NCBI GenBank assembly: GCA_950097015.1
Contig: CATNEN010000003.1
Coordinates: forward strand, 11,904,001 to 11,968,000
DNA: 64,000 nucleotides
Reading direction: 5' to 3'
DNA from: Macrostomum hystrix
Lineage: Eukaryota; Animalia; Platyhelminthes
Shown: one piece after another, positions 24,865 through 39,800 of the stretch
Numbering within the stretch: the first letter of the stretch is position 1
Layout: every line of letters begins with the position of its first letter
Made by a program: the position numbers and the translations under genes
Notes under the pieces: generated by a model
The model's database searches: none
The model's input: the letters and a program-made list of their open reading frames with translations, nothing else
What the model was told of the DNA's origin: nothing

Positions 24865-27800
24865 ATGGCATCACCGGATAGCTCGGGAGCCGCCAATCAG
24901 TACGGCTGCTCAATGAAAGAACTCAAAGAACTCATGGAGGTGCGCGGCGCCGAGGCGGTGGCAAAAATTGTCGAAACTTACGGCGGTACCGAGGGCCTCT
25001 GCCGAAGGCTCAAGACTTCGCCCCAGAGTGGTGAGTTCAATTCTTAGCTGATGTGTTCAACAGTCATTCACCAGTCTCTACGAGTAATTATCATTCACCA
25101 GCTCTAATTAGCATTCACTAATATCTAATTGGCATTCACCAATCTGTAATAAGCATTAATTAATCTCTAATTGGCATTCACCAATCTCTAATTGGCATTC
25201 ACCAATCTCTAATCGGCATTCACCAATCTCTAATTGGCATTCACCAATCTCTAATTGGCATTCACCAATCTCTAATTGGCATTCACCAATCTCTAATTGG
25301 CATTCACCAATCTCTAATTGGCATTCACCAATCTCTAATTGGCATTCACCAATCTCTAATTGGCATTCACCAATCTCTAATCGGCATTCACCAATCTCTA
25401 GTTGGCATTCACCAATCTCTCATTGGCATTCACCAATCTCTAATTGGCATTCACCAATCTCTAATTGGCATTCATCAATCTCTAATTGGCATTCATCAAT
25501 CTCGGCACTCATCAATCTCTAATTGGCATTCACCAATCTCTAATTGGCATTCATCAATCTCTAATTGGCATTCACCAATCTCTAATTGGCATTCACCAAT
25601 CTCTAATTGGCATTCACCAATCTCTAATTGGCATTCATCAATCTCTAATTGGCATTCACCAATCTCTAATTGGCATTCACCAATCTCTAATTGGCATTCA
25701 CCAATCTCTAATTGGCATTCATCAATCTCTAATTGGCATTCACCAATCTCTAATTGGCATTCACCAATCTCTAATTGGCATTCACCAATCTCTCATTGGC
25801 ATTCATCAATCTCTAATTGGCACTCACCAATCTCTAATTGGCATTCACCAATCTCTAATTGACATTCACCAATCTCTAATTGGCATTCATCAATCTCTAA
25901 TTGGCATTCACCAATCTCTAATTGACATTCATCAATCTCTAAATGGCATTCATCAATCTCTAACTGGCATTCATCAATCTCTAATTGGCATTCATCAATC
26001 TCTAATTGGCATTCACCAATCTCTAATTGGCATTCACCAATCTCTAATTGGCATTCACCAATCTCTAATTGGCATTCACCAATCTCTAATTGGCATTCAT
26101 CAATCTCTAATTGGCATTCACCAATCTCTAATTGGCATTCACCAATCTCTAATTGGCATTCACCAATCTCTAATTGGCATTCATCAATCTCTAATTGGCA
26201 TTCACCAATCTCTAATTGGCATTCACCAATCTCTCATTGGCATTCATCAATCTCTAATTGGCACTCACCAATCTCTAATTGGCATTCACCAATCTCTAAT
26301 TGGCATTCACCAATCTCTAATTGGCATTCATCAATCTCTAATTGGCATTCATCAATCTCGGCACTCATCAATCTCTAATTGGCATTCACCAATCTCTAAT
26401 TGGCATTCACCAATCTCTAATTGGCATTCACCAATCTCTAATTGGCATTCACCAATCTCTAATTGGCATTCACCAATCTCTAATTGGCATTCACCAATCT
26501 CTAATTGGCATTCATCAATCTCTAATTGGCATTCACCAATCTCTAATTGGCATTCACCAATCTCTAATTGGCATTCATCAATCTCTAATTGGCATTCACC
26601 AATCTCTAATTGGCATTCACCAATCTCTAATTGGCATTCACCAATCTCTAATTGGCATTCATCAATCTCTAATTGGCATTCACCAATCTCTAATTGGCAT
26701 TCACCAATCTCTAATTGGCATTCACCAATCTCTAATTGGCACTCACCAATCTCTAATTGGCATTCACCAATCTCTAATTGACATCCATCAATCTCTAATT
26801 AGCATTCACCAATCTCTAATTGACATCCATCAATCTGTAATTGGCATTCACCAATCTCTAATTGGCATTCACCAATCTCTAATTGACATTCATCAATCTC
26901 TAATTAGCATTCACCTAACTCTAATTATTTTTCATCAATATTTTACTATCATTCACCAATATCAAATTATCATTCATTAATCTTCAGTTATTATTCCCTA
27001 ATCTCAAATCGTGATATATTAATATTTTGGAGTGATTCACTTATCTATAATAATGATTCACTGAACTTTAATAGTGATTTACTTATCTCCAATTAACACA
27101 AATAAGAAAGAATCTATATTTTAATCTATAATTAATTGTGTCGCAAAAGTCACTGAGAAAGCCAGATTCTAACTGATGAAAACTAACGATTAATGTGTGT
27201 TTCCGTACTTTACCTAATATATAGTTTAATCTATTAGTTCTTTCTTACACTATTTTTTTCGATCGGTTTATACCGTCTTCAAAAAAGTACAAAAAAGTTC
27301 TGCTTTGCTCAGTGATGCAAATAATTGGTTGGCAGAAAAGTAAAGCTAGCATAGTATTATCATTGAGCCGTGTTTTGATGCACTCACTAAACTCACCGCT
27401 TTTCTAGTTGTCATCAGCAGCGTTTGCTCTCGTGTTTTTTTTTCAGTGCGAATGCGTTTGGGTTCACTACTATTGAATGCATTGATGCATAATAATCGAT
27501 TTCCTCTTCTTAGCAGCAAAAATGCTGTTTTATGTTTATATTGACTGGCTTCTGTCGTAGCCTGCCTGGCAACTCGCTTTCCTGTAGGGATTAGGTTAAT
27601 ACGTTTATTAGTCTGCTAGAGTGACCGAGTGTGCAGTTGGTCTGGCTGAGAAATATGTAGGATTTTATAGTATTCGTATTAGTACAATGCAATATTATTA
27701 ATTTCCTATTCAACTTCTTGAATCCTTTTATTTAAGGCATCATTTATTATGAAGGCTTTATGTTTCAAAAGAAGATAATGTTACTATAATCCCTCACATT

Positions 27801-30800
27801 ATCCTCTACACTTTCTCTCCCCTTTATCCCATTAATTCTCCTCTACACACCCAATTCTCCCCTTTATCCCATTAATTCTCCTCTACACACCCGATTCTCC
27901 CTTTTATCCCAATAATTCTCCTCTATACTCCCGATCCTCCCCTTTATCCCATTAATTCTCCTCTATACTCCCAATCCTCCCCTTTATCCCATTAATTCTC
28001 CTCTACACTCCCAATCCTCCCTTTTATCCCATTAATTCTCCTCTATACTCCCGATCCTCCCCTTTATCCCATTAATTCTCCTCTACACTCCCAATCCTCC
28101 CTTTTATCCCATTAATTCTCCTCTACACTCCCAAATTCTCCCCTTTTTCTCATTGCCCCTCCTCTACACACCCGATTCTCCCCTTTATCCCATTAATTCT
28201 CAATTGTTTTTTTCATTGTTTTATCCCACTCTGTTCACAAAATTATATTCGAAAAGAAATTAGAATAATTTAATCTCATTACCAGACCCGTATTTTGTTG
28301 GATTCAATGCCTAGATTAAATTTCATTGAAATAAAAAAGGGGATTTAATGACTGCGTTGAGTCTTATTTCTGGAATTATCGAAAATACAGATTGATAAGC
28401 CAACTGTCTGAAACACGACCTTACATCAAAACAACAGGGAACTGTAATTGGACCCGCATTTAAATCCCAGCCGACGACGTGAAAGCCTACAATAAAGACG
28501 GTCGAAAATAGGATTTTTTGTTAGGTCTTATCTAGAAATTGAAGGAGTCTTTTAATTATATCTCCCATGTACCTGTCTTACTGAGATTTTCGTCTGCTAA
28601 TTACACTGAAAGGATTGATGACGGGAAGCCAAGTGCTTTGAGACTGGCAAGAAAGACACAGGAACACAAACACAGACAGACACAAGCTGGAACATGAATA
28701 AACCAGTCTTTCTTTCCTTTTGTGTCTTCAATGATGATCCTTTGGATGAGATAGGAACGATTTGGTACTTTCATAGGGAAATAATTCCGTTTTTTAGAAC
28801 ACTAGTGTAGTGTAGAACAAAGAGCAAAATCAAAGTAAAATATACCCGATTCTTAGCTGAAGGCGCAAGTCTATGGATATTAATATGAATATTCAAGTTA
28901 TGAATATCATAGTTACTTTTTTGAAACAGTTTTAATCTCATCTGTTAGTTTTCTTATCTAGCTGTCTGTTATCTTATCTAGCTGTCTGTTATCTTATCTA
29001 GTTGTCTGTTATCTTATCTAGTTGTCTGTTTTCTAATCTAGCTGTCTGTTATCTTATCTAGCTGTCTGTTATCTTATCTAGCTGTCTGTTATCTTATCTA
29101 GCTGTCTGTTATCTTATCTAGCTGTCTGTTATCTTATCTAGCTGTCTGTTATCTTGTCTAGCTGTCTGTTATCTTATCTAGTTGTCTGTTATCTTATCTA
29201 GCTGTCTGTTATCTTATCTAGCTGTCTGTTATCTTATCTAGCTGTCTGTTATCTAATCTAGTTGTCTGTTATCTTATCTAGCTGTCCGTTATCTTATCTA
29301 GCTGTCTGTTATCTTATCTAGTTGTCTGTTATCTTATCTAGTTGTCCGTTATCTTATCTAGCTGTCTGTTTTCTTATCTAGCTGTCTGTTATCTTATCTA
29401 GCTGTCTGTTATCTTATCTAGCTGTCTGTTATCTTAACTAGCTGTCTGTTTTCTAATCTAGCTGTCTATTATATTATCTAGCTCTTTGTTTTCCTACCTG
29501 TGTATGTATGTCTCTTTGTCTCTCTGATTATTGTAAATGAATCACAAGTGATCACAAGTGAATAGCATCGCAAAGTATAAAGTTTCCTTTATTTAACAAC
29601 ATTCACAGGTATCAATTCGAACGAAACAGAGCGCCGTCGCCAGGTATTCGGAGCCAATGTTATTCCACCGAAGCGGCCCAAGACATTCCTGCAATTGGTA
29701 TTCGAAGCTATGCAGGACTACACTCTAATTATGTTGATTGTGTGCGCTGTGGTCTCATTGTCCATCTCCGTCTATCAGATGTGTGAGTTTTCGTTTTTAT
29801 TTTATAATTCTCGATTACAATCTAATGGAAAATAGATCAAGTTAGATTCTAGATAGATCAGGTTAGAATCTAGATAGATCCGGTTAGAATCTAGATAGAT
29901 CAGGTTAGAATCTAGATAGATCAGGTTAGAATCTAGATAGATCAGGTTTGAAACAAGATAGATCAGGTTAGAATCTAGATAGATCAGGTTTGAATCTAGA
30001 CAGATCAGATTTCAATGTAGATAGATCAGGTTTCAATGTAGATAGATCAGGTTAGAATCTAGATAGATCAGGTTAGAATCTAGATAGATCCGGTTAGAAT
30101 CTAGATAGATCCGGTTTCAATCTAGATAGATCAGGTTAGAATCTAGATAGATCAGGTTTGAATCTAGATAGATCAGGTTTGAATCTAGATAGATCAGGTT
30201 AGAATCTAGATAGATCAGGTTTGAATCTAGATAGATCAGGTTAGAATCTAGATAGATCAGGTTTGAATCTAGATAGATCAGGTTAGAATCTAGATAGATC
30301 AGGTTAGAATCTAGATAGATCAGGTTAGAATCTAGATAGATCAGGTTTGAATCTAGATAGATCCGGTTTCAATCTAGATAGATCAGGTTAGAATCTAGAT
30401 AGATCAGGTTTGAATCTAGATAGATCAGGTTAGAATCTAGATAGATCAGGTTAGAATCTAGATAGATCAGGTTTGAATCTAGATAGATCAGGTTTGAGTC
30501 TAGATAGATCAGGTTTGAATCTAGATAGATCAGGTTTGAATCTAGATAGATCAGGTTAGAATCTAGATAGATCAGGTTAGAATCTAGATAGATCAGGTTA
30601 GAATCTAGATAAATCAGGTTTGAATCTAGATAGATCCGGTTTCAATCTAGATAGATCAGGTTTGAATCTAGATTGATCATATCTAGATATATCTAAAATC
30701 ATATCTGAATCTAGATAATGTCTCGAGTGAATACCAGAGTAGAATAATGTGATTTAGATAGGAAGAATCTAGGTAGATCACTGTTTTTAGTACATTAAAT

Positions 30801-33800
30801 ATTATTATATTTTTCGGATTGTAAAGTACAAGTACAAGTGCAAACGCTGCATGGCTAGAATATTAACTGACAGATTTGCATAATACGCTTTTACATGGAT
30901 CAGTTACAACTCTTCATTAGAATTAAGTCAGATTTAGATTTTTTTTTAGCTAGCTCCCAATTCTCAACAAGATATCGGGTGCATTTGATTTGCCTTAGGT
31001 GAATATCGGGCCCAATGATATTAATGATTCTACTCAATTTTACAGTCTGCTCCCTTAGGGATTAATACACTTGTGTTCTCTCTCTATCTTCTTTCTTAGA
31101 ATATTATAATGAACGCGTGTATTCAGCAACTTATACTAGAATGGTTGTAATGCACAGACACAGCTCCGACGTGTTAGACACAGCTCCGACATGTTAGACA
31201 CAGCTCCGACATGTTAGACACAGCTCCGATATGTTAGACACAGATCCGATATGTTAGACACAGCTCCGATATGTTAGACACAGCTCCGACATGTCAGACA
31301 CAGCTCCGACATGTTAGACACAGCTCCGACATGTCAGACACAGCTCCGACATGTCAGACACAGCTCCGACATGTTAGACACAGCTCCGACATGTTAGACA
31401 CAGCTCCGATATGTTAGACACAGCTCCGATATGTTAGACACAGCTCCGACTTGTCAGACACAGCTCCGACATGTTAGACACAGATCCAACATGTTAGACA
31501 CAGCTCCGACATGTTAGACACAGATCCAACATGTTAGACACAGCTCCGACATGTCAGACACAGCTCCGACATGTCAGACACAGCTCCGACATGTTAGACA
31601 CAGCTCCGACATGTTAGACACAGCTCCGATATGTTAGACACAGATCCGATATGTTAGACACAGCTCCGACATGTTAGACACAGATCCAACATGTTAGACA
31701 GCAGTGCTAATCGCAACCCACGAATTTTCAGTGCGCGAAAAGAAGCCCGGAGAATTTCACGGTGACGACAGCGAAGAGCAGGCCGGATGGATTGAAGGCG
31801 TGGCCATCGCCGTGGCCGTCATCGTTGTCGTCCTGGTGACGGCATTTAACGACTGGAGCAAGGAGCGCCAGTTCCGCGGCCTGCAGGCCAAGCTGGAGCA
31901 GGAGCACCTGTTCGATGTGATTCGGGAAGGCGCCGTTTCCAAGGTGCTAGTTAGCGAGATCGTTGTCGGCGACATCTGCCAGGTGAAGTACGGCGACGCC
32001 CTACCAGCCGACGGTATCATCATCCAGAGCAACGATCTCAAAGTGGACGAGAGCAGCCTGACTGGAGAGAGCGACCACGTCAAGAAGGGCGAGGACAGAG
32101 ACCCCTGCCTGCTGTCTGGTGAGAAGCTACAATTGTTATAGCTGCTAGATTTTTAGACAAAGTGTAGAACTGTTGAACAGAGGCTCTAGGTGTTAGACAG
32201 TAGGTCTTGGTGTTTGGCAGTGGGTCTAGGTGTTACACAGCAAGTCTAGGTGTTAGACAGCGGGTCTAGGTGTTAAACAGTGGGTCTAGGTGTTACACAG
32301 CAAGTCTATGTGTTAGGCAGTGGGTCTAGGTGTTACACAGCAAGTCTATGTGTTAGGCAGTGGGTCTAGGTGTTACACAGCAAGTCTAGGTGTTAGGCAG
32401 TGGGTCTAGGTGTTACACAGCAAGTCTATGTGTTAGGCAGTGGGTCTAGGTGTTACACAGCAAGTCTATGTGTTAGGCAGTGGGTCTAGGTGTTACACAG
32501 CAAGTCTATGTGTTAGGCAGCGGGTCTAGGTGTTAGGCAGCGGGTCTAGGTGTTACACAGTGGGTCAAGGTGTTAGGCAGTGGGTCTAGGTGTTAGGCAG
32601 CGGGTCTAGGTGTTAGGCAGTGGGTCAAGGTGTTAGGCAGCGGGTCTATGTGTTAGGCAGTGGGTCAAGGTGTTAGGCAGCCGGTCTAGGTGTTAGGCAG
32701 TCGGTCTAGGTGTTAGACAGCAGTTCTGGCGTAATGGAAAAGGCAGTGTAAGCAGTTCAGGGCAGCATTGTATAATATATGTATTTCCATAATTATACTA
32801 GCGCAAACTGTTGCTAATATTCTCGAGTTTATATTTGCAAACCAGGAAGTCTATCCTAGCCACTAGTTATTGATTTGTTAATTGTTAGACGTGTTTGCGA
32901 TCACAAAAAAATGTGTCAGTATATTTTTAGTACGGCACGCATTTAGCATACACATGCATTTAGCATACACATACACATTTTAGATTAAACAGCTGCTCTG
33001 TGATTGACTTTTTGTTTAAAACAATCTTTAAGCTACTTACGAAAGTCCTATCGATGCGTATAAGAGTTTGTACCTGTCTCTATTCTAGTGTTGACTCAGG
33101 TGTCTTTGATATTGCTTTGCACTTCTAGCATTAGTTTCTTGATTTCTTAACTTGCATTCCTCAAATCGGCACTGGCTGGCACTCTTATGTTCTCTAATTT
33201 TATACTGCACTTCAGATCCCCAGGTTGTCACCCTTCAGATCCCGATGTTAACACCTTTCAGATCCTGATGCTTAACGCCTTTCAGATCCTGATGTTAACA
33301 CCCTTCAGATCCTGATGTTAACACCCTTCAGATCCTGATGTTAACACCCTTCAGATCCTGATGCTTAACACACTTCAGATCCCGATGTTAACGCCTTTCA
33401 GATCCTGATGCTTAACACACTTCAGATCCTGATGCTAACACCCTTCAGATCCCGATGTTAACACCCTTCAGATCCTGATGCTTAACACACTTCAGATCCC
33501 GATGTTAACACCCTTCAGATCCTGATGCTTAACACACTTCAGATCCCGATGTTAACGCCTTTCAGATCCTGATGCTTAACACCTTTCACATCCTGATGCT
33601 TAACACCTTACAGATCCTGATGCTAACACCCTTCAGATCCTGATGTTAATACCCTTCAGATCCTGATGTTAACACCCTTCAGATCCTGATGTTAACACCC
33701 TTCAGATCCTTATGTTAACACCCTTCAGATCCTTATGTTAACACCCTTCAGATCCTGATGCTTAACACCCTTCAGATCCTGATGCTAACACCCTTCAGAT

Positions 33801-36800
33801 CCTTATGTTAACACCCTTCAGATCCTGATGCTTAACACCCTTCAGATCCTGATGCTTAACACCCTTCAGTTCCTGATGTTAACACCCTTCAGTTCCTGAT
33901 GCTTAACACCCTTCAGATCCTGATGCTTAACACCCTTCAGTTCCTGATGTTAACACCCTTCAGTTCCTCTGATAGTGTTACTGGTTTGTGGTTCTTATCC
34001 TTCTCAACAAGATCATTAAATGTCTTCATCTCCCTGAAATGTGATCGCGGCATTATCCCAGTTCCTAGAATTGAGCAACCAAGTTTATCTCAAATTCAAA
34101 TTGAATAAAAATTCAATTGTTGCTAACAAGCAACAAGGCTGACTAGTCTTACTGGAATTCTATCATTGGAAAGCAAACTTAATTTACGTGTTAGAAAGCA
34201 TTTGGTTACCAGTATAAGCTGGTGCCTCAACAAGAAGCATAGAACTAAAGTGCACATACATGTATATAGAGAGAAGTTATGTACAATCTCGTCTCTAGTT
34301 AAGCTTGCCGAATCCTACTCTAACCCAATGTTCCCCAAACCCGCAATATGCTGCCCTCTTAATTTTCTAAATCCATTTTTCCCATTCCTCCTAACGATTT
34401 TCTCCCAGAAAAGCAGTCTTCTAGGAATTTCACATAATCCATTTATATGCTTGATAGAGCAACATCAATGCTTGACAGTTTAATCAACAGTTTTGGTTTA
34501 GTGTACTTTTCAGATTCCGTCCAAGCTTTGTATCTGAATGCTTGTTTCGTATACATTTTTCCCAGTCCACAGACTGAGCAGCTAAAACGCAGACCGCTGT
34601 TTTACGAGTAAAACAATGAGATATTAAGGAATTTGTAACATTTCAGTAAAGTAAATTATATCCATCAAAAGTCCATTGTTTTCTTTTTCTGTGACTATTC
34701 TATATTAAGAAACAGTTTTAGCTGAATTACACCAATAGCAGTTGCTGTTGCTATCCATGAGAAATTGTAAATAATTGAAGAGAAAAAGTACATACAAGGG
34801 CATTAATAGTAGCCTATGTGAATTTCACATACCTTTTTAAACTACGAGTATATTATATAGATGAAGCAGTCTAATAAGTAACTCTACAGCAGGGGTCGGC
34901 AAACCCCGGCCCGCGGGCCAGATGCGGCCCTCGAAGCTCCCAAATCCGGCCCGTTGCCCCTTCTGACATCTACAGTGGCCTGTTTCATCTCTCTCGTGTC
35001 TAATCTCTCCCGTGTCTAATCTCTCCTGTGTCTCATCTCTCCCGTGTCTAATCTCTCCCGTGTCTCATCTCTCCCGTGTCTCATCTCTCCCGTGTCTCAT
35101 CGCTCTCGTATCTAATCTCTCCCGTGTCTCATCTCTCCCCTGTCTTATATCTCCCGTGTCTTATCTCTCCCGTGTCTAATCTCTGCCGTGTCTAATCTCT
35201 CTCGTGTCTCATCGCTCTCGTATCTAATCTCTCCCGTGTCTAATCTCTCCCGTGTCTAATCTCTCCCGTGTCTAATCTCTCCCGTGTCTAATCTCTCCCG
35301 TGTCTAATCTCTCCCGTGTCTAATCTCTCCCGTGTCTAATCTCTCCCGTGTCTAATCACTTCCGTGTCTAATCTCTTCCGTGTCTAATCTCTTCCGTGTC
35401 TAATCTCTTCCCTGTCTTTTATACAGTCAATGCGGCCCGCTGTCGTCTTTTAGGCTCTCTCTTTGGCCCGCCAGCAAATAAGTTTGCCTACCCCTGCTCT
35501 ACAGTGTCTATTTGTATTAGTACTGCACACTATATATATATTCTGAGAGTTTAGGAAGTTTTTCATCACTCGATATTAACATAAAAAGGTTACTAACCAC
35601 AGTGCTTCGGTTTTGTTACAAATCAATGTCAGACTTAGTTTGACCCTACATAATATGTGCCTGCTCCTTCATTTCGTTTTCTTTCATCATCACGTCCCTG
35701 CTAATCTTTAATCTGTTGGGATTTGAAGCGGTTTTAGAGGCAGTTTCTTAAGGAAAAGACTTCCTTCACACAAAAAACTTTGACGAAAGCCTATGGAAGC
35801 AAAATTTAATTTGCGAAATTGCTTTTCAGTTGCTACAATAAACACCTGATAAAAATATGATGTAATAATTCACACCTAGGTAGTTAAATAATAATAATAT
35901 TAATAACTGCATAAGGGCTCCATGCAATGGCACAGACACTAGACCCGCAGCCAGCGAGGAGGCAATTCTGCCCGTTTCGCTGACTCCTGAGCACACACGT
36001 ACACGATACTGTACGCAGACATACGCTCACACAGGTGTGTACATCTGCCCTGACTTTCTCATCGTCAGGCAGTGTACACTCTCACTGTGCCTTGGAGGTT
36101 GGCCCTCAATGGCGTAAATTGCATGACAAGCCCCCAAGCCTTCTCTCCGCGGCTGCGCACCAACTTAATGTGGCCTCCCCGCGGAATCGAACTCAGGGAC
36201 CTTGGTGCGAGAGGCAAACGCGTTAGACCGCTCTGCCACCGACCCCCACCTAGTTCGTTTCTATTTTTAGAAGCACGGGGCTTCTAAATGCCATATACAG
36301 CTGTTTAGTCCATGGACTGGGCTTAGGGACACATTTTTCCCTAGGCTGCGATTCGAACTCTCGACCACACTCTCGGAAATCATCGAAGCTCTCGGGCGGG
36401 TGTCCTTAGGGGTGGAAGTTGAAAAACAAGTCCCCAAGCTTTCTCTCTTGAATAAATGTGACCTCGCCGCGGATTCGACCTTATTGACCTTTGAGCTGTC
36501 TATTGCAACAAAGGCGAATGAAAACATCTTCACACAAATATCATGCTGCGTAATCCTGATTTGTTAATGCAGTCGAGCGAGCTGTGGCACAGTAAAATTC
36601 AAAGAAAATTCTTACCCCATAGCCTAGCGGGTTGGGAATATCTTACTTTATCGAAATCTCCCATGGGGATAATAGGGATATTTCTATATTATATGCCGCG
36701 TATAGCCATGTGGGGGACTTCAGTTAGGGAGAAAATGAGATGGAAAAGAGAAGGAAAATATTTCTCCCAGTCTCCTCTCTTATTTGGTTTTCTCTGGGGA

Positions 36801-39800
36801 GAGAAAAAGAGCTGAGCGAGAGATTCGAGTCGTATTTTACTGAGTATGCGTAGCTCAGTGCTTTAAACAGGGCATGCGATGTAGCAAAAGTCTACGCTGG
36901 GCTTAACAGAAAATGATTAAATCTGCAATCCAATTAATAATCTACTCGGGGACAGAGGCTGGTGTGGTGGATGAGACTCGAATGATCAGTTAATTTCCTC
37001 GTCGTAGTAAACCTTGATGCTGTAATTAATAGTAAAGTCATGAACTTAAGAGGAAGACTTTATTATAGAACTAATAGATAAAAAGATTGACAATCAACTT
37101 TGTAGTTGTATGTCGTAAATTTTAGATGCTATTTGTAGCTTTTTGAAGCGACAAAATCCTTAACTAGAAAGTACATTTTACAAATTTCGCTCTCAAATTC
37201 TTATCCGCAGGCACCAATGTGATGGAAGGCTCGGGTCGCATGGTGGTGACAGCTGTGGGCCTGAACTCTCAGGCTGGCATCATCTTCGGCCTGTTGGGCG
37301 CCGGCGGCGGCGCAGAAGAGGAAGCGGACGAGAAGCCTAAGAAAAAGGCGAAGGATGCCCCAAAGGCTGGTAAGGCTGGCGGGAATAATAGCGATGATTT
37401 AGTAGCAGACCTAACAATCGCATTTAGGACGTGGTCAGGTAGTGTCTGAGGGTGTCAGGTAGTGTCTGAGCGTGTCAGGTAGTGTCTGAGGGGGTCAGGT
37501 AGTGTCTGAGCGTGTCAGGTAGTGTCTGAGCGTGTCAGGTAGTGTCTGAGGGGGTCAGGTAGTGTCTGAGGGTGTCAGGTAGTGTCTGAGCGTGTCAGGT
37601 AGTGTCTGAGGGGGTCAGGTAGTGTCTGAGGGGGTCAGGTAGTGTCTGAGAGGGTCAGGTAGTGTCTGAGGGTGTCAGGTAGTGTCTGAGCGTGTCAGGT
37701 AGTGTCTGAGGGGGTCAGGTAGTGTCTGAGAGGGTCAGGTAGTGTCTGAGGGTGTCAGGTAGTGTCTGAGCGTGTCAGGTAGTGTCTGAGGGGGTCAGGT
37801 AGTGTCTGAGGGGGTCAGGTAGTGTCTGAGCGTGTCAGGTAGTGTCTTAGGGTTTCGGTAGTGTCTGATGCGGTCAGGTAGTGTCTGAGGGGTCAGGTAG
37901 TGTCTGAGGGTGTCAGGTAGTGTCTGAGGGAGGTCAGGTAGTGTCTGAGGAGGTCAGGTAGTGTCTGAACTTAATTCTGCGCATTCACCTTACCATTTCA
38001 TGAAACTGTCCAGGCGAGCAAGGGACACCACGTAAGTTTCTTATTCTATTTTTGTTATCAGTTTTGTTTCAATTATTTGCTAAATTTAGCTAGTTAGATT
38101 TATCATAAAGCCTATAGCCTGTAGAACAGTTCTGCATGATGTGTGATAATCTATTGTCATCCTTAGATACATTCGCATGATAAATTAATACTCGTAGTTT
38201 GTTTCTTATTTGCACACACGAGGCTTAGGTGACAGTGGCACCTGTACTCTAAATTGTGTTGAAATTATAATTTTTCTACACCTTGAGTAGTTCACTAGTA
38301 CATGCGTTTAAGTTACACAATTTCCTAATCTTGTTAAGTTACACAACCGCTGCTAAATGTATTTGTGTTATATAATTATATTATAATTAATCTATGTATT
38401 TATTGGGTATTTCTAAATCTAAACTACTAGTATAAAAAAGTATTCTTGTTCTCTAGACACGTTTTCAGAATAAACTTAACTTGTGTCTTCTGTGGTGTCT
38501 TTAGTCTTGATAGCTTCACATTCTCACCAACTTAACCAAATCACAAATTCCCAAATATGCATGTTAGTACTTTTTGAGCAAGCTCTAGATGCGCAAAAGA
38601 TACCGTTTTAAGTTTGAAACTAGTTTAACATTGTCACGTTTACCTCGTGTGTGAAACAGAGAAATTAAATCAGTGCAAACAATAGTTTACCATCTTTTGG
38701 AAATTCTCAAACCCAAGGGAATTTTTAAGAACTGTCTGTGCTTCTCTATAGGTGGCTAATTGACCTAGTCTACTTTGTTGCTATTAATTGAGTCCATCTG
38801 TCGCATTGCTTATTCTTATATAAACAAACACATATTTCTATCGCCAGTTCTGAATCAGGGTGCAAAGAAGTCTGGTATGTATAACTTTTATTTTACTTCA
38901 CATTTTTCATCAATGCTTTGATTTTTAATTAGTTGATTGTTTTCTTAATAAAATTTCAGTTTTTATTAGTCACTTAACTAACAATTCTTAATAAAAAAAC
39001 TATCACCTATTCTATCATCTATTTTCATTGTAACGATCATTATAAAGATAATGATTTTTTAAACTAACAACTAATACTAACACATCTAAATATTGTGAAT
39101 TATAACGGAATTATATTTATCGTAACAAAATTATATTTTTAAAGTCAAATTCTAACAACGCTATACTAATTGTATTTATAAATTATTTTCTACCATATTT
39201 AGTTTGTACTTTCGTATGCCTTTTGACTGGTAATTAGTGACAGTGTGTCAAATTGAAATTTTAATTTACGCATTTATTCTGCTTTGTAGCCTGTAGTCAA
39301 TGTTCTATTTAACTTGATTTCTTAGCTCTTTGTTACCTTACTCTGCTTTTACAGCTAGCAACTCAAGGCAATATTTGACGAGCGGTCAGTAAAATATCTG
39401 CCAACATTCTGTATTGTTGGTTTAAACTAAATTTCTGTGAGCACTATTGTTTAGAGGACACAATCGTTAAATTTATCCTCGACCAGTGCTTACGTAAAAC
39501 CCTACACTGACGTGACTGCTTGAGTAAACACCGCCATTTCACGCTCATTCAAAGCATTGTTTCATTTTAAAATTGGCTGTATGCATATTTTCTTATTTCT
39601 CACTACCTTACGCTTGACATCTCAAATTTCACTATACCCCCTCACTATCCCATTACTCATTATCTCATCCCTCACTATCTGATCCCTCACTATCTCATCC
39701 CTCACTATCTCGTCCCTCACTGTCTCATCCCTCCTATCTCGTCCCTCACTATCTCATCCATCACTGTCTCATCCCTCACTATCTCATCCGTCACTATCTC

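Noticed and set aside
25486-26980. Long repetitive ORFs (431 and 212 aa IGIHQSL; also 8321-9030, 12278-12803, 46789-47799, 49979-50579)
   Set aside because: They are translations of stop-free minisatellite units in introns or MITEs, with no independent sign of coding.
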